Position numbers and translations under genes: made by a program
Source of the DNA: Octopus vulgaris
Taxonomy: Eukaryota
Reading direction: 5' to 3'
NCBI GenBank assembly: GCA_951406725.2
Contig: OX597820.1
Span: forward strand, 14,136,001 to 14,200,000
Length of the DNA stretch: 64,000 nt
In this document: one piece after another, positions 11,207 through 24,553 of the stretch
Position numbering within the stretch: the first letter of the stretch is position 1
Layout of the letters: every line of letters begins with the position of its first letter
The notes under the pieces: model-generated
Databases searched by the model: none
What the model was told of the DNA's origin: nothing
The model's input: the letters and a program-made list of their open reading frames with translations, nothing else

Positions 11207-12093
11207 CGAGAGCACATGGCCTAATGGTTAGGATGCTGCACACAAAACCACAGTGTTGGTCTGTTGACATCCCTGTAACTTTGTGGTCCAGCAAAATAGG
11301 CGGATAAAATGAGGAGAACCAGAAAGAAAAAATAAATAAATACGTTGCAACTCATTTCTACAGCTGAGTCAACTGGAGCAACGTGAAATAAAGTGTCTTG
11401 CTCAAGAACACATCACGCAGCCCGGTCCGCGATTTGAACTCACAACCTCAGAATCGTAAGCTTGACGCTTTAACCACTGAGCCATACACCTTCATTATAT
11501 AGACATCATAATACAGGAATTATATACATTATTGGAATATACAATTGGCTTCCACACAGTTTCTTATTTCTTTATTGCCACAAGGGGCTAAACATAGAGG
11601 GGACAAACAAGGACAGACAAAGAGATTAAGTCGATTACATCGGCACCAGTGCGTAACTGGTACTTAATTTATCAACTCCGAAAGGATGAAAGGCAAAGTT
11701 AACCTCGGTGGAATTTGAACTCAGAACGTAGCGGCAGACGAAATACGGCTACGCATTTCAGAGTGGGACTGAACCTGGAAACATGTGATTGGGAAGTGAA
11801 CTTCTTAAGCACTGAGCCATGCCTGTAGCTATTGTACGATGGATGCAGAAATTTTCAGTTCAAACCACGGCCTTATACATAAGTTATTTATGCCTTTGGG
11901 AAATGCATGAACGTCACAGAATCAACTGGGCTGATGACCCTTTACTGGATGTTGCTGATTATTAAAAATAATCACAAAATGTTGACATTGAAGATTTCAC
12001 TTGATTTATCACATTTTGTACCAAATAAATAAATTTCAACAGCACGAATTTGATTAAACCTTACCATGTATTTATATGCACATATATATATAT

Positions 12094-12127
<34 letters not shown>

Positions 12128-12419
12128 TACATCCAAATGTATCCCTCTATCCACACACACACACACACAAACATATATACTTACATGCGTTTCTTTATAT
12201 CTGACTATATTTCTAAACATACAGACATGTATTGATATACATGTGTATGTGTATTGGATAAGATGTGCATGTGTGTGTATGTGTGTGTGTGTGTGTGTAT
12301 TAGAATGTGTTGAATGTGTCTCAGTACACATGCATGCATTCGCACTCATATGATCACATTCATACACATGTGTCTGTATAGGTTTATGCACATATATGTA
12401 GCTTTACACACACATACAT

Positions 12420-12461
<42 letters not shown>

Positions 12462-12756
12462 ATACATATATATATATACACACATACATACACACGTTTG
12501 TATGTCCGAATATCAATTGATGTAAAACTTAGCATACAGACACACACACACACATGAACACGCGTGTCTGTGTGTGTGTGTCCACAATTTTACATTAACT
12601 GATATACATAAGTAAACAAACACAATTTTAAGGGATATTTATTTATATAAATTCCACAACTGTTAATATATAATTTAATTTACATACACATATATATACA
12701 TACATACACATATATAGACATACATGCATATATATATATATATATATATGTGTATA

Positions 12757-12851
<95 letters not shown>

Positions 12852-13387
12852 GTGTGTGTGTTTATGTAGATGATCATTTGTGTTTTAGATTCATACATCA
12901 TTTTTCTCGTGTAGATATTTACAAGTTATCAACGTATGAAAGTCAATAGATTGACTGTGTTTATTCTGTTCGTCCGTTGAAATAAATATATTTGATAAAC
13001 AGACAACCACCATCTTATTTGTCTGAGTTGCAGAAATGAATATGAATCACAGCAAAAGCAAAATATATATTCTTCTTCCAAATATTAAAGTTAATATTTT
13101 TGAATGTATGAAGGGATTCATTTATATTCAGTATCTCATCAAGTTTATTGATGGAACTGGAGTCTTGCATTCACATTATCTCAGTGGTTCTCAACCATTT
13201 TTTTTTACCTAGGGACCCCTTTGTTTACTAATTTATTCTGGTGAACCCCACAGCGATTACAAACTAATTTTATAGATTCTGCTTTAAAAATTCCTGTTTT
13301 GTTATTCACACATTAACTTGTGTAGGTTGGACTGTGTAAAATGTTAGAGAAAGAAATCTAGCTGTTTCTTGCAATACATACGTTTAA

Positions 13388-13609
13388 CCCTTTCATTACC
13401 AACCTGGCTAAAACCAGCTCTGACTCTGTAGTACAAATGTCTTGTTTTCATAAGTTCTAAATTAAAATCTTCCATCAAACCTTAGTCACAATTTATGTTC
13501 CTAACACTAACTGAATGATAACTAAGTTATTTTACTAAATTCTTTGTTATATTTAAAATTAATTGAAAGAAACACTGAACATCTCAACAGAAATATGGTA
13601 ACAAAAGGC
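13388..13609. mobile_element. piggyBac-like MITE copy 1
   Basis: TTAA-ccctttcattac...gtaacaaaaggc-TTAA. Confidence 0.75.
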
Positions 13610-13640
13610 TTAAAATATATAATAGAGAAACAATTCTTAA

Positions 13641-13850
13641 CCCTTTTATTACCAACCCAGCTGAAATCAGCTTTGGCTCTGAGTGCAAATATCTCGTTTT
13701 CATAAGTTTTGAATTAAAATCTTCCACCAAACCTTAGTCATAATTTATGTTCCTAATGATAATCAAGTTATTTTACTAAATTCTTTGTTATATTTAAAAT
13801 TAATTGAAAGAAACACAGAATATCTCAAAATAAATACAGTAACGAAAGGG
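13641..13850. mobile_element. piggyBac-like MITE copy 2
   Basis: TTAA-cccttttattac...gtaacgaaaggg-TTAA; highly similar to copy 1. A related left end occurs at about 39704. Confidence 0.8.
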
Positions 13851-14221
13851 TTAAATCAAAACTTTTCATGAAATCTCAAAATACTACTGTGAATCTGCAA
13901 TTTACTATTTTGCTAGTGTGGACCCTAAAAATTTTATATGGACCCCCAAGGATCATATAGACCCTGTCTGAGGACCACTCATTTAGCTGCTGGATTTAAT
14001 GATGCAGACTCTAGCAAATGTCTGCATAGCTCTCATGACAGATGGTTGTTCTTGGAGCTACATACTCTAATACTTACTGCCAGTTTATTTGTTTTCATCA
14101 CTGCTAATGTGTTGATGTCTTTATGGACTGTTTTGTAGGAACTGATGAAGCAAAATATTGAGAAAGTGTTTTAATAAATTTTCAAGAAGTTTATGAAGCA
14201 ACTTTTCAGGAGGGCAAAAAT

Positions 14222-14425
14222 ATTTATCATAGTTGAACTTACTGTGCTCTGGCAGAACAAACTAAACATTTCTTCTTACATGCTAAAGAAAACTAAATAT
14301 CAGAACTTGGTCAAGCAGACCCTTGTCAAAATATGGCATGCGGCCTCATTCCCTACATAAGTTGGCTGCAGTGTATTTCCAGCTATATTGGTGTCCTATT
14401 TCCTACAAAAGAATTGGCACCTATG
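14222..14425 (+). mobile_element. Decayed restriction-like endonuclease domain of an early-branching non-LTR element
   Basis: FIIVELTVLWQNK...KKTKYQNLV...IWHAASFPT*VGCSVFPA resembles the ELTVPWE...KxxKY...PxEVGCRGF RLE pattern. Confidence 0.65.
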
Positions 14426-14852
14426 ACATTTTTGCAGCACCTCAAAGACTGTTTGGAGAAGAAACCATGATTCAGAGGCTGTCAAACCAGATATTTAAGG
14501 ATCAGATGAAGATGCTAAACTGGACAAAATGACTATTACACCATTAGTTATGATGGTGAGGGTTGCAGTTGATCTGATCAATGGGACAGCCTGCTTGGGG
14601 AGTTAATGTGCAAGTGGCTGAGCACTCCACAGACATGTGAACCCTTAGCATAATTCCCAGAGAGGTTCAGAATGGCATAGAATGTGACATGGCTGGGCCT
14701 CTTTGAAGGGAGTACTCACTTTTGCCAGTTGTGTGGATTGAAGTGAGAAATAAAGTGTCTTGCTCAAGGACACAATGCGGCACTGGGAATTGAACTCATG
14801 ACCTTACGATCGTGAGCCAAACATCCTAACCACCAAGCTACATGCCTTCACA

Positions 14853-15031
14853 CTGGGCAACTGCGTGACTAGGCAACAGGGCAACTAGGCAACTGGATAA
14901 CTGGGTGACTAGGCAACTGGGTGACTAGGCAACTGGGCGACTAGACAACTGAGTGACTAGGCAACTGGGTGACTAGGCAACTGGACAACTAGGCAACTGG
15001 GTGACTAGGCAACTGGGCAACTAGGCAACTG
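14853..15031. repeat. 8-bp/16-bp unit tandem repeat (ggcaactg/ggtgacta)
   Basis: About 22 octamer units, mostly arranged as ggcaactgggtgacta dimers. Confidence 0.9.
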
Positions 15032-15723
15032 AGAAAGCCTGACACCTAAAACCAGGGACAAGCTATCCAACAAGGCTTCACAGTTTCTACCCAAAATTCT
15101 CTGGGGCTTAAAAACAACAACAACAACATCAGCTTACATTCAAAGGAATGATGGAGATGATAGGTACCCAATGATGGGTACTAATATGCGGCAATAACAT
15201 GAAGCTATAAAGGGGCCATTTGCCTGCAAACCAAAGCAACACTGGTTCTATTTCATTGACCTAGTAATGCTCTTGGAAAGGTATGAACGCCACAACATTC
15301 ATGTCTCTTCTTTTATGAATCAGATCTGTTGTGTCACGTGAAAAAAGCACCCAGTACACTCTGTTAAGTGGTTGGCATTAGGAAGGGTATCCATGCCAAA
15401 GCTGACATTGAAGCCTGACGCAGCTTTGCAGCTTGGTAGATGCAGTCAGACCACCCGACCCATGCCGGCATGTAAAAGAGGATGTTAAAAGATGATGAAG
15501 ACGATGGTGATATAGGGTGTGTTTAACCAACAGAGTTTTAATGTTAGATTGCATAGTGACCTTTATAGGTGACGGTTGTTCGTGGCCTCCTGCTTGGAAG
15601 CATAAAGTGAAATATAGCATAATATTAAATGTCTGATAAATAATTATAATTAATAAGGATTGAGGGCTGAAATAGGTAAACAGGTTTCAGGGTTAACAAA
15701 TAAATCAATAACATATATATATG

Positions 15724-15781
<58 letters not shown>

Positions 15782-16198
15782 ATATGTATGTATATATATG
15801 ATATATGATGCATATTTGTGCGTGTGCATGTGTGTATGATTCATATGATGTGTATGTATATGATGTGTGTATATATATATAATGAATATATGTGTGTGTG
15901 TGTGTATGATGAAGAGGACATATACATATATATATATCTATGTATAGCTGTGCATACAAAACAATGGTTACAAATAAAAATGAGCATTCAAAGAGTGATA
16001 AATTGTTATTGATTCATGTTTAAGAAAGAGTAAAAGATGTTAAAGAATAAAAGATTTAGAGGAATAAAGAATAACGTATATGTATATCTTTGTGTGTATA
16101 TGTACATGTCTGCATATACATACATATATATACATATATATATATATATATATGCATTATAACCACAAATATATAAATACAGATGCAACCATACATAC

Positions 16199-16231
<33 letters not shown>

Positions 16232-16590
16232 TATATTCATGTATGTATGTATAATACATGTACATATGTATGTATATATATATATGTATATATATGGAAT
16301 AATTGAATAGTTGGTTGTCGTCCATTGATGTTGTTTTGTTGAAGAAGTTTGAGCAGTTCTCAAAAGATAATTTCTCGCAAATAATTCCAACACTTATTTC
16401 TTCTTTGTATGACTAATTTTCCCCAACACACACACACACACACATACACCAGTCTATCTCAAAGCTATATTTTAGCTATTGATCTTCAAAAATATTCTCT
16501 TCACAGTTTCCTTTCAAATTCTCTACAGATTTTTACAGCAAATTTTATATAAATCCAGATATTGAAATATTCACAGTTGCCATTGTTCCT

Positions 16591-16623
<33 letters not shown>

Positions 16624-16807
16624 GTTTATATAATTATTTTTTGTGATTTTATTTTTTATTTTTTACATACATTTATGACCAAGCAATCAATGCAGCCATG
16701 TTGTCTGTTTTCTAACAATTAGTATTGAACATCTAAAAATGTCTCAAATTGCTTTATATTACGACTGAATACCAGATATTGAAATATTCACAGTTGCCAT
16801 TGTTCCT

Positions 16808-16840
<33 letters not shown>

Positions 16841-18465
16841 GTTTATATAATTATTTTTGTGCTATTTTTATATAACAGAAATCAGACCTATGTATTTTAA
16901 GTATTTTAAGCCTGTATTACAGCCTGACACATCCAATAACAGAACAAAAGATACAACGGATATTTCTGCAGCAGTTTTCGAGGTATTTATATAACAGTTG
17001 ATAAATTAGATTTCACAGTAGGTTAAAAACAGATAGCAAAATCAACAGTAATTTTGATTAACCCCTACCAAAATTCAATCATCAAAGTTGGTGTTTTTCC
17101 AAAGTTGGTGTTTTTCTTGTATTAGTTTGATTATCCATGTTATGCGGTTTTTTGAAAATTAAATGAGAAATAATGATGTCACAAATTTATAGCTGACTGA
17201 AAAAGTCCTTTACTCGTTTCAGTCATAATGTGTGTATGTGTGAGTGTTTGTGTGGTGTGTGCGTGTGAATATATGTAAGTGTGTGTGTTTATTTGTGTGT
17301 GTGTGTGATTAGAATGTCACAGAAAGAATGGTGAGACAGATTCTTTAAGGCCTGCCAGTTGGCGGGAGACTTGGGTGTTGGCTAAGTGTGAGATGGTTGG
17401 GTAGCATCACTAGTCTCGGTTGGTCAAGCTTGGGAGTCCAGCCGGCAAGTCAAATGACTGTTGCTTCTGACAGGACTCTATGGAGGAGGTGAATGAGAAC
17501 TCAGCTTCCATGACTCTTCCAGAAATAGCAGATAAAGATGATGGATGGATGGATGGGTGGGTGGATGGGTGTGTGTGTGTGTGCTTGTCCCCACCCACCA
17601 TCGCTTGACAACTGATGCTGGTGTGTTTAAGTCCATGTAACCTAGTGGTTTGGCAGAAGAGACCGATAGAATTAGTACCAAGCTTATAAAGAATAAGTCC
17701 CGGATTCAGTCTTTTCGACTAAAGGTGCTGCTCCAGCATGGCCACAATGAAACAAATAAAAGAATACATATATAAAGTAATGAAGGCAGTTAGATGCAAT
17801 GAAAACCAAAAAGGAAAAATTCAGTTATCATTAAAAGTGACTGAGGATGCAGACTTCCTCCTACATTACAAGAAACAGGAGTCAAAGATCCATATAGTCA
17901 CAAAAAGTACATTCTATGTACTGACAGGGGAAATAACCACCCTACAGTCAGTGAGGTCACTATACTAGCAGGCTGGTTCTGCTTGGAATGAAAGCTCATC
18001 AGTAGTGACTACCCCATCACAAATACACACACATACACACACACACACACACACATATGCATTCTGAAAATCCAGGAATGGAACAATCACCCCCACACCA
18101 CAGCCTATGACAGAATAAGATCCCCATAAACTAATAATAATATGAAACTAATACAATCGACAGATAAGTAAATGGAATTAAATAATTAAATACACAAACA
18201 AAATATGATAAATTAAATTAATATAAAAAAAGAAGAAAAGAAAAAGTAAGTAGATAAAAATAAATAAATAAAATAAATAAGATTAAATTAAACGAACGTG
18301 AATAAACAGGGGATACTGATAATGCAGGTACCATACACATTCCCTCACATACACACACACAGGGATATACACATCCTCAAATAAAGACACATACAATAGG
18401 AATACAAAATGGCAGATTATTAGGAAGGAGAGACAAAAAAAATTAAAAGAAAGAAGAAAGCAAAG

Positions 18466-18530
18466 GACCACTGATGAGGTCACAGAAGTGTGATGAAAGA
18501 ATTCTGGCCGAAATACAATTGATATGACAT
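18466..18530 (+). ncRNA. Hammerhead-like motif, partly decayed
   Basis: cca-CTGATGA-ggtcacagaa...ttctggcc-GAAAT-acaattg-ATA-tga, with palindromic caattg in the stem III loop and a weak stem I. Confidence 0.55.
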
Positions 18531-18547
18531 AAAGCTGAAGCAAGTGA

Positions 18548-18708
18548 ACACCAAATATATAGTGCCTGTGTTTTCATAGGGTTAATTGTCAACATGACCA
18601 TCCCCAAATACAACAATATGTGTGTGTGTGTATATATATATTGTTTTATTTGGGGATGGTCATATTGCCAATTTAGCCAATAATAACACGGGTACTATAA
18701 ATTTGGTG
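18548..18708. repeat. Palindrome centred on a (TG)/(TA) microsatellite
   Basis: caccaaatatatagtg...atgaccatccccaaatacaacaatat is mirrored by atattgttttatttggggatggtcat...actataaatttggtg. Confidence 0.8.
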
Positions 18709-18734
18709 TATATATGTATATATATCTTTAATAT

Positions 18735-18892
18735 AGGCGCAGGAGTGGTAAGTAGCTTGCTTACCAACCACATGGTTCCGGGAACAGTCCCACTACGTGG
18801 CATCTTGGGCAAGTGTCTTCTGCTATAGCCTCGGGCCGACCAATGCCTTGTGAGTGGATTTGGTAGACGGAAACTGAAAGAAGCCTGTCGTA

Positions 18893-18935
<43 letters not shown>

Positions 18936-19143
18936 ATATGTTTGTGTGTCTGTGTTTGTCCCCCCACCATCGCTTGACAACTGATGCTGGTGTGTTTACG
19001 TCCCCGTCACTTAGCGGTTCGGCAAAAAGAGACTGATAGAATAAATACTGGGCTTACAAAGAATAAGTCCCGGGGTCGATTTGCTCGACTAAAGGTGGTG
19101 CTCCAGCATGGCTGCAGTCAAATGACTGAAACAAGTAAAAGAG
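18735..19143 (+). mobile_element. SINE family A, well-preserved copy
   Basis: Head, core, microsatellite and tail present with CpGs retained. Confidence 0.9.
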
Positions 19144-19149
19144 TATAGT

Positions 19150-19580
19150 ATATGACAATTATTCAGTTGCCATAAAAAAACTCAGAGTTTCGGATTTCGG
19201 GAAGGAAATCTACTCCGGCATCTCATCAGTTATCAAGCCAATCAAAAAATGCAATCTCATTAGATTATTCCTACTCGATACATTGGGCAAGACTTTTCCT
19301 GACGTATATTTCACCATTTAGAAAGATGATGCCTTAGCCTTAACTGAAATACTAATAGACCAGCACAAGATCAGTTTAGGAAGGTCATTATGCAAATAAA
19401 GGCATTTTCTGGTTGCCTTGATAACTGACGAGATGCCAGAGCAGATTTTCACCCCTACATCCGAAACTCAGAGTTTTATTACAGCGACCAAATAATTGTC
19501 ACATATTATATTACAGATAAATTCCTCTATTTACATAATATTGAGGTGTCATTCATTCTTATGCTGTCATACCATTACTA
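19150..19580 (+). mobile_element. Penelope-like remnant: inverted hammerhead-bearing arms around an RT catalytic-motif fragment
   Basis: Arms about 19150-19252 and 19402-19505 are inverted. Hammerheads: gataa-CTGACGA-gatg..catcc-GAAAC-tcaga-GTT-ttatt (+, 19420-19480) and a CTGATGA version (-, 19173-19235). The spacer 19247-19345 reads CNLIRLFLLDTLGKTFPDVYFTI*KDDALAL, resembling the PLE RT CELVGLFLL...YRDD region. Confidence 0.8.
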
Positions 19581-20476
19581 TTTATATATATATATGGTGT
19601 TAGGAAGAGCATCCAGCCGTAGAAAACCATGCCAAATCAAACTGGATCCTGGCGCAGCCCAGTCAAACCATCAAACACATGTCAGCATAGACAACAGACG
19701 TTAAATGATGATGATGATGATATATATATATAAACAAATAGATAAACTTTTACTCACATACATTATGATGATGATGATGATGATGATGAAACCTATATAA
19801 TCACACACATACACACACACACACACACACAATTACAACCATGAATACAAATGCTAGTAAAACGATCTTTCAGGGCCAAAACCAGTCAGCCATAACGTTG
19901 TTTTAGGGAGAAGAAAAGCAGACTAAAATGCGATCAAACACACACCCACACACTCATACACACAAACATACATACATACACACGCTCATACACACACGCA
20001 AATACTCATACACTCGCACACACATGCACATACACATATACACACATACATACACACAGACATATACACACAAATACACACATACATACACCAACACACT
20101 CATACACGCACACATACCCACACATACACACATTCATACATACATGTACACATACACACATACATTCACACAAACACATACACACACATGCCGAGAGTCT
20201 AAAGGACAAACGCATATACACAGAAATACATTTACAAAGACTAACAAACGAACATACATGAGACAAGCGAACTGAGACGCTAACAACAGTATTTCCATAG
20301 TTGCTTTATGCCACAAATAATTAGACATGGTGTTCGTTAGACGATTGAAACGAGGAAACGGAATTTGAGAGATTAAGAAATGGTTGGAAACATAAAGAGA
20401 TTTATTGTGGCTGTCGTTACTTAAATAAAGCATTTGGCATATGTGTGTGTGTGTGTGTGGTTTGTGTGTGCGTGTG

Positions 20477-20528
<52 letters not shown>

Positions 20529-20536
20529 CACATTAT

Positions 20537-20768
20537 AGGCGGCGAGCTGGCAGAAACGTTAGCACGCCAGGCGAAATGTGTAGCCGTATTTCGTCTGCTG
20601 TTATGTTCTGAGTTCAAATTCCGCAGAGGTTGACTTTGCCTCTCATCCTTTCGGGGTCGATAAATTAAGTACCAGTTACGCACTGGGGTCGATATAATCA
20701 ACTTCATCCGTTTGTCTGTCCTTGTTTGTCCCCTCTATGTTTAGCCCCTTGTGGGTAGTAAAGAAATA
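20537..20768 (+). mobile_element. tRNA-related SINE family B
   Basis: Head ggcgagctggcagaaacgttagc, B box gagttcaaattcc, conserved body tcatcctttcggggtcgataaattaagtaccag. Other copies at about 11565-11760(-), 26815-27005(-), 43650-43780(+) and 52560-52775(+). Confidence 0.85.
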
Positions 20769-20799
20769 TATATATATACACATACATATACATCATTTG

Positions 20800-21830
20800 T
20801 CTTTTGCTTGTTTCAGTCATTAGACTGAGGCCATGCTGGGGCACCGTCTTGCACAATCTTTAGTCAAACAAATCAACTCTAGTATTTTTATTTTTTAAGC
20901 CTGGTACTTATCCTACAGGTCTCTTTTGCTGAACTACTAAGTTACTGGGACATAAACAAACCAACACTGGTTGTCAAGTGACGGTGGGGAGCAAACAAAG
21001 TCACAAAGACATGTACACACATCAGTATATGCAACACAATGGGCTTCTTTCAGTTTCCGTCAACCAAAATTATTTACATGGATTTTGTCAGCCCAAAGCT
21101 ATAAAAGAAGACACTTGCCCAAGATGCCATGCAGTGGGACTGAACTTGAAACCATGTAGTTGGGAAGCAAACTTCTTGCCACACGACCACACTGGCACTT
21201 CAAAAGTTTTTCATATACTTTAAAATCTTCATCAAGATGCAGCAGTGGCTGTGTGGTAAGTAGCTTACTTTCCAACGACATGGTTCAAGGTTCAGTCCTA
21301 CTGCATGGCACCTTGGGCAAGTGTCTTCTACAATAACCTCAAGCCAACCAAAGCCTTGTGAGTGGATATGGTAAATGGAAACTGAAAGAAGCCCATCATA
21401 TATATATGTGTGTGTGAGTGTGTGTGTGTGTATATATAAACTGAAAGAAGCCCGTCGTATATATGTATATATATATATATATGTGTGCGTGTATGTTTGT
21501 GTGTCTGTGTTTGTCCCCCTAGCATTGCTTGACAACCGATGCTGGTGTGTTTATGTCCCCGTCACTTAGCTGTTCGGCAAAAGAGACCGATAAAATAAGT
21601 ACTGGGCTTACAAAGAATAAGTCCCGGGGTCGAGTTGCTCGACTAAAGGCAGTGCTCCAGCATGGCCGCAGTCAACTGACTGAAACAAGTAAAAGTGTAA
21701 AGTGTAAAGTGTAAGTGTATGTATATACGTGTGTGTGGAGGTTATGAGAGGTAACGGTATCATTGACACCCAAAGGTGTCAGGTAATGCTGAATAAGGGG
21801 TTCATCATCGGTCATATGTCAGCGTGTGTG

Positions 21831-21863
<33 letters not shown>

Positions 21864-23745
21864 GTATGTGTATGCATGTATCTGTGTGTGTATTGTGCGT
21901 GCGTCTGTGTTTGTCCCCCCAACATCGCTCGACAACCGATGCTGGTTTTTTTACGTCCCCCATAACTTAGCAGTTCAACAAAAGGGACCGACAGAATACA
22001 CACTAGGCTTACAAAGAACAAGTTCCAGGGTCGATTTGCTCGACTACAGGCTGTGCTCCAGCACGGCCACAGTCAAATGACAGAAACAAGTAAAAGAATA
22101 AAAGAACATCTAATCGTTAACATTATTTATGGCTAGGAAACCTATTGAACTTTCAAATTTCTATCATGTAATATTATTATTGTGAAATTTATTGAACATT
22201 AAAATTTTTCATCTTTTTCTCATTGCTGTGAAAGTTATTGAAAATTTGACTTCTCATCTTGTAATGTTTGCTATGAAATCTATTGAATATTTCATTTTTG
22301 ATCCTGTTTTACTGCTACGAAACTTTTTCCTGTGCATTTTCTGTCTTTTAAAATTTCCATCTTATTTTTCTAAATTGTAAAAAATTTTTATTTATATTTA
22401 CTATTGAAAAACAAAAAAAAAAAAACAAATATTGTTGAAAACTGTGGTGGTATCTTAATAAATTAAAGAATTTCTAATAACTAAAATTATTTTAAAGACC
22501 TGGGTGCATTTTTAACTCCCGAAACAATCTCCCTATGTTTCTTTTTGTGTGGAAGTAAACCCCTTTTTACCCCCATTTGTCTTCATCATCATCATCATCA
22601 TCATCATTACTTAGCGCCTGTTTTCCATGCTGGACAGTTTGACAGCATCTGGTAAGGCTGGGGGCTGCACCAGGCTCCAGTTGTCTGTTTTTGCATGGTT
22701 TTTATGGCTGGATGCCCTTCTTAATATCAGCCCCTCTACAGAGTGTACTGGGTGCATTTTATGTGTCACCAACACCAGTGCTTCTAATATGGCACAAGTG
22801 CTATTTATGTGACACCAGGACCAGTATTAATTCTGCTGTGGTGGACAGGTCTTCTTGAGAACAGCAAGGTTGTGGTTGTTTAGCCTCAGCTTAGCCTTGA
22901 TCCCTTCAGATCTATGATCAAAAACATTCTAGCCATAACCATTCCATTTTATTTTTTGTGCGGTGGGGGTATGCACCCAACTATATGGTTCAAGGTTCAG
23001 TCCCACTGCATGGTACCTTGGGCAAGTGTCTTCTGCTATATCCTCGGTTTGACCAAAGTCTTGTGGGTGGATTTGGTAGATAGACACTGAAAGAAGACCA
23101 TCATATGTGTGTGTGTGTGTGCATGTGCACATGAGTGTTTGTCCACCCCACCACTGCATGAAAACCGGTGTTGGTTTGTTTATGTCCCCATAACTTAGTG
23201 GTTCAGTGAAAAGAGACCAATAGAATAAGTAACAACTTTTTAAAAAAGTATGGCGGTTGATTTGTTTGATTAAAATTCTTCAAGACAGAGGCCCCAGCAT
23301 GGCCACAGCCTAATAACTGAAACAAATAAAAGCTAGAAGATAAGCTAAAACTATCCTCATACATAAGAGCAGATGTATATTAGAAAGTAGCTTGCCTCCC
23401 AACCACATACTTCCAGGTTCAGTCCCACTTGACACCTTAAGCAGGTGCCTTCTATGATAGCCTCAGGCTGACCAAAGTCTTGTGAGTGGAAACTGAAAGA
23501 AGCCCGTCGTATATATGTATGTATGTGTATATGCTTGTGTGTCTGTGTTTGTCCCCCCAACATCGCTTGACAACCGATAGTGGTGTGTTTACGTCCCCCG
23601 TAACTTAGCAGTTCGGCAAAAGAGACCAATAGAATAAGTACTAGGCTTACAAAGAATAAGTCCTGGGGTCGATTTGCTCGACTAAAGGCGGTGCTCCAGC
23701 ATGGCCACTGTCAAATGACTGAAACAAGTAAAAGAGTAAAAAAGC
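20800..23745. mobile_element. Cluster of family A SINEs (20800-21200 -, 21240-21695 +, 21900-22105 +, 22975-23335 +, 23385-23745 +) plus an RTE UTR piece (22585-22870)
   Basis: Repeated family A motifs in both orientations. Confidence 0.85.
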
Positions 23746-24330
23746 AGAGTTTATTGGAAACCAAATAAGGTTGTATTAGAAACACCCGAATGCTTTCACA
23801 TGGGCTCCATTGGTTGCTGACAACACATTTAGATGATACAATACAATGAATTGTGGAAGTTGTAAAGATAATTTATAAACACCCTGCTTATCATTCTCGT
23901 TGATGGTGACACTTGTTTATGATTATTGTGTGACGTCAAGACAAAAAGACACAGACATACACACATCCACCAGAGACCCACTCGCACATAGAAGATTAGA
24001 CATAAAAGACATCTTTTCTTTGATGGTGACACTTGTTTATGATTGTTGTGTGACGTCAAGACAAAAAGACACAGACATACATACATCCACACAGACCCAC
24101 TCGCACACAAACACACATTCCCACCAACACACACACACAAACACAGACACACCCACACACATGCCCACCCACCCCCACACACATACATACATGCACACAT
24201 GACTGGCTTCTTTCAGTAAATCCAGTTTAACATCACCAGCTGATACTTAAGTGCACTTTGAGTGCCTTTAATAGAACCCACTTCGTTGTAAGCATTTGAA
24301 CCAGATATCTGATTTAACAACCCATGTATA

Positions 24331-24496
24331 CTAGTGTAGCTGCAGAGGGGTGCGCGATAGGAAGGGGGTCTGCCTTGGGCAGCTCTTTTTTAAAGGGCAG
24401 CACCTTTGGGTCTGCCGTAGGCAATTTGTATTTTTGGGGTCCGCTGTAGGCAAATGGAAGGGCCACCTCAGGCAGCAGACACTCTAACTACACTAG
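24331..24496. mobile_element. Short GC-rich MITE (hAT-like)
   Basis: Terminal inverted ctagtgtag / ctacactag with internal repeated ggtctgcc motifs. Confidence 0.5.
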
Positions 24497-24553
24497 AGCC
24501 CATGAGTCAAGGTTTCTTCTGCAAAGAGTCTTTGAGGTGCTGCAAAAGAACCA

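Larger units (their letters stand above)
13182..13980. mobile_element. hAT-like MITE hosting two nested piggyBac-like MITEs
   Basis: Ends cagtggttctcaacc... and ...ctgaggaccact are near-inverted CAGTGG-type termini with subterminal ggacccc motifs. Confidence 0.6.

Noticed and set aside
16555-16860. About 90-bp direct repeat (also a similar ~80-bp duplication at 23900-24100) as LTRs
   Set aside because: No TG..CA ends, PBS or TSD; these are simple local duplications or assembly redundancy.
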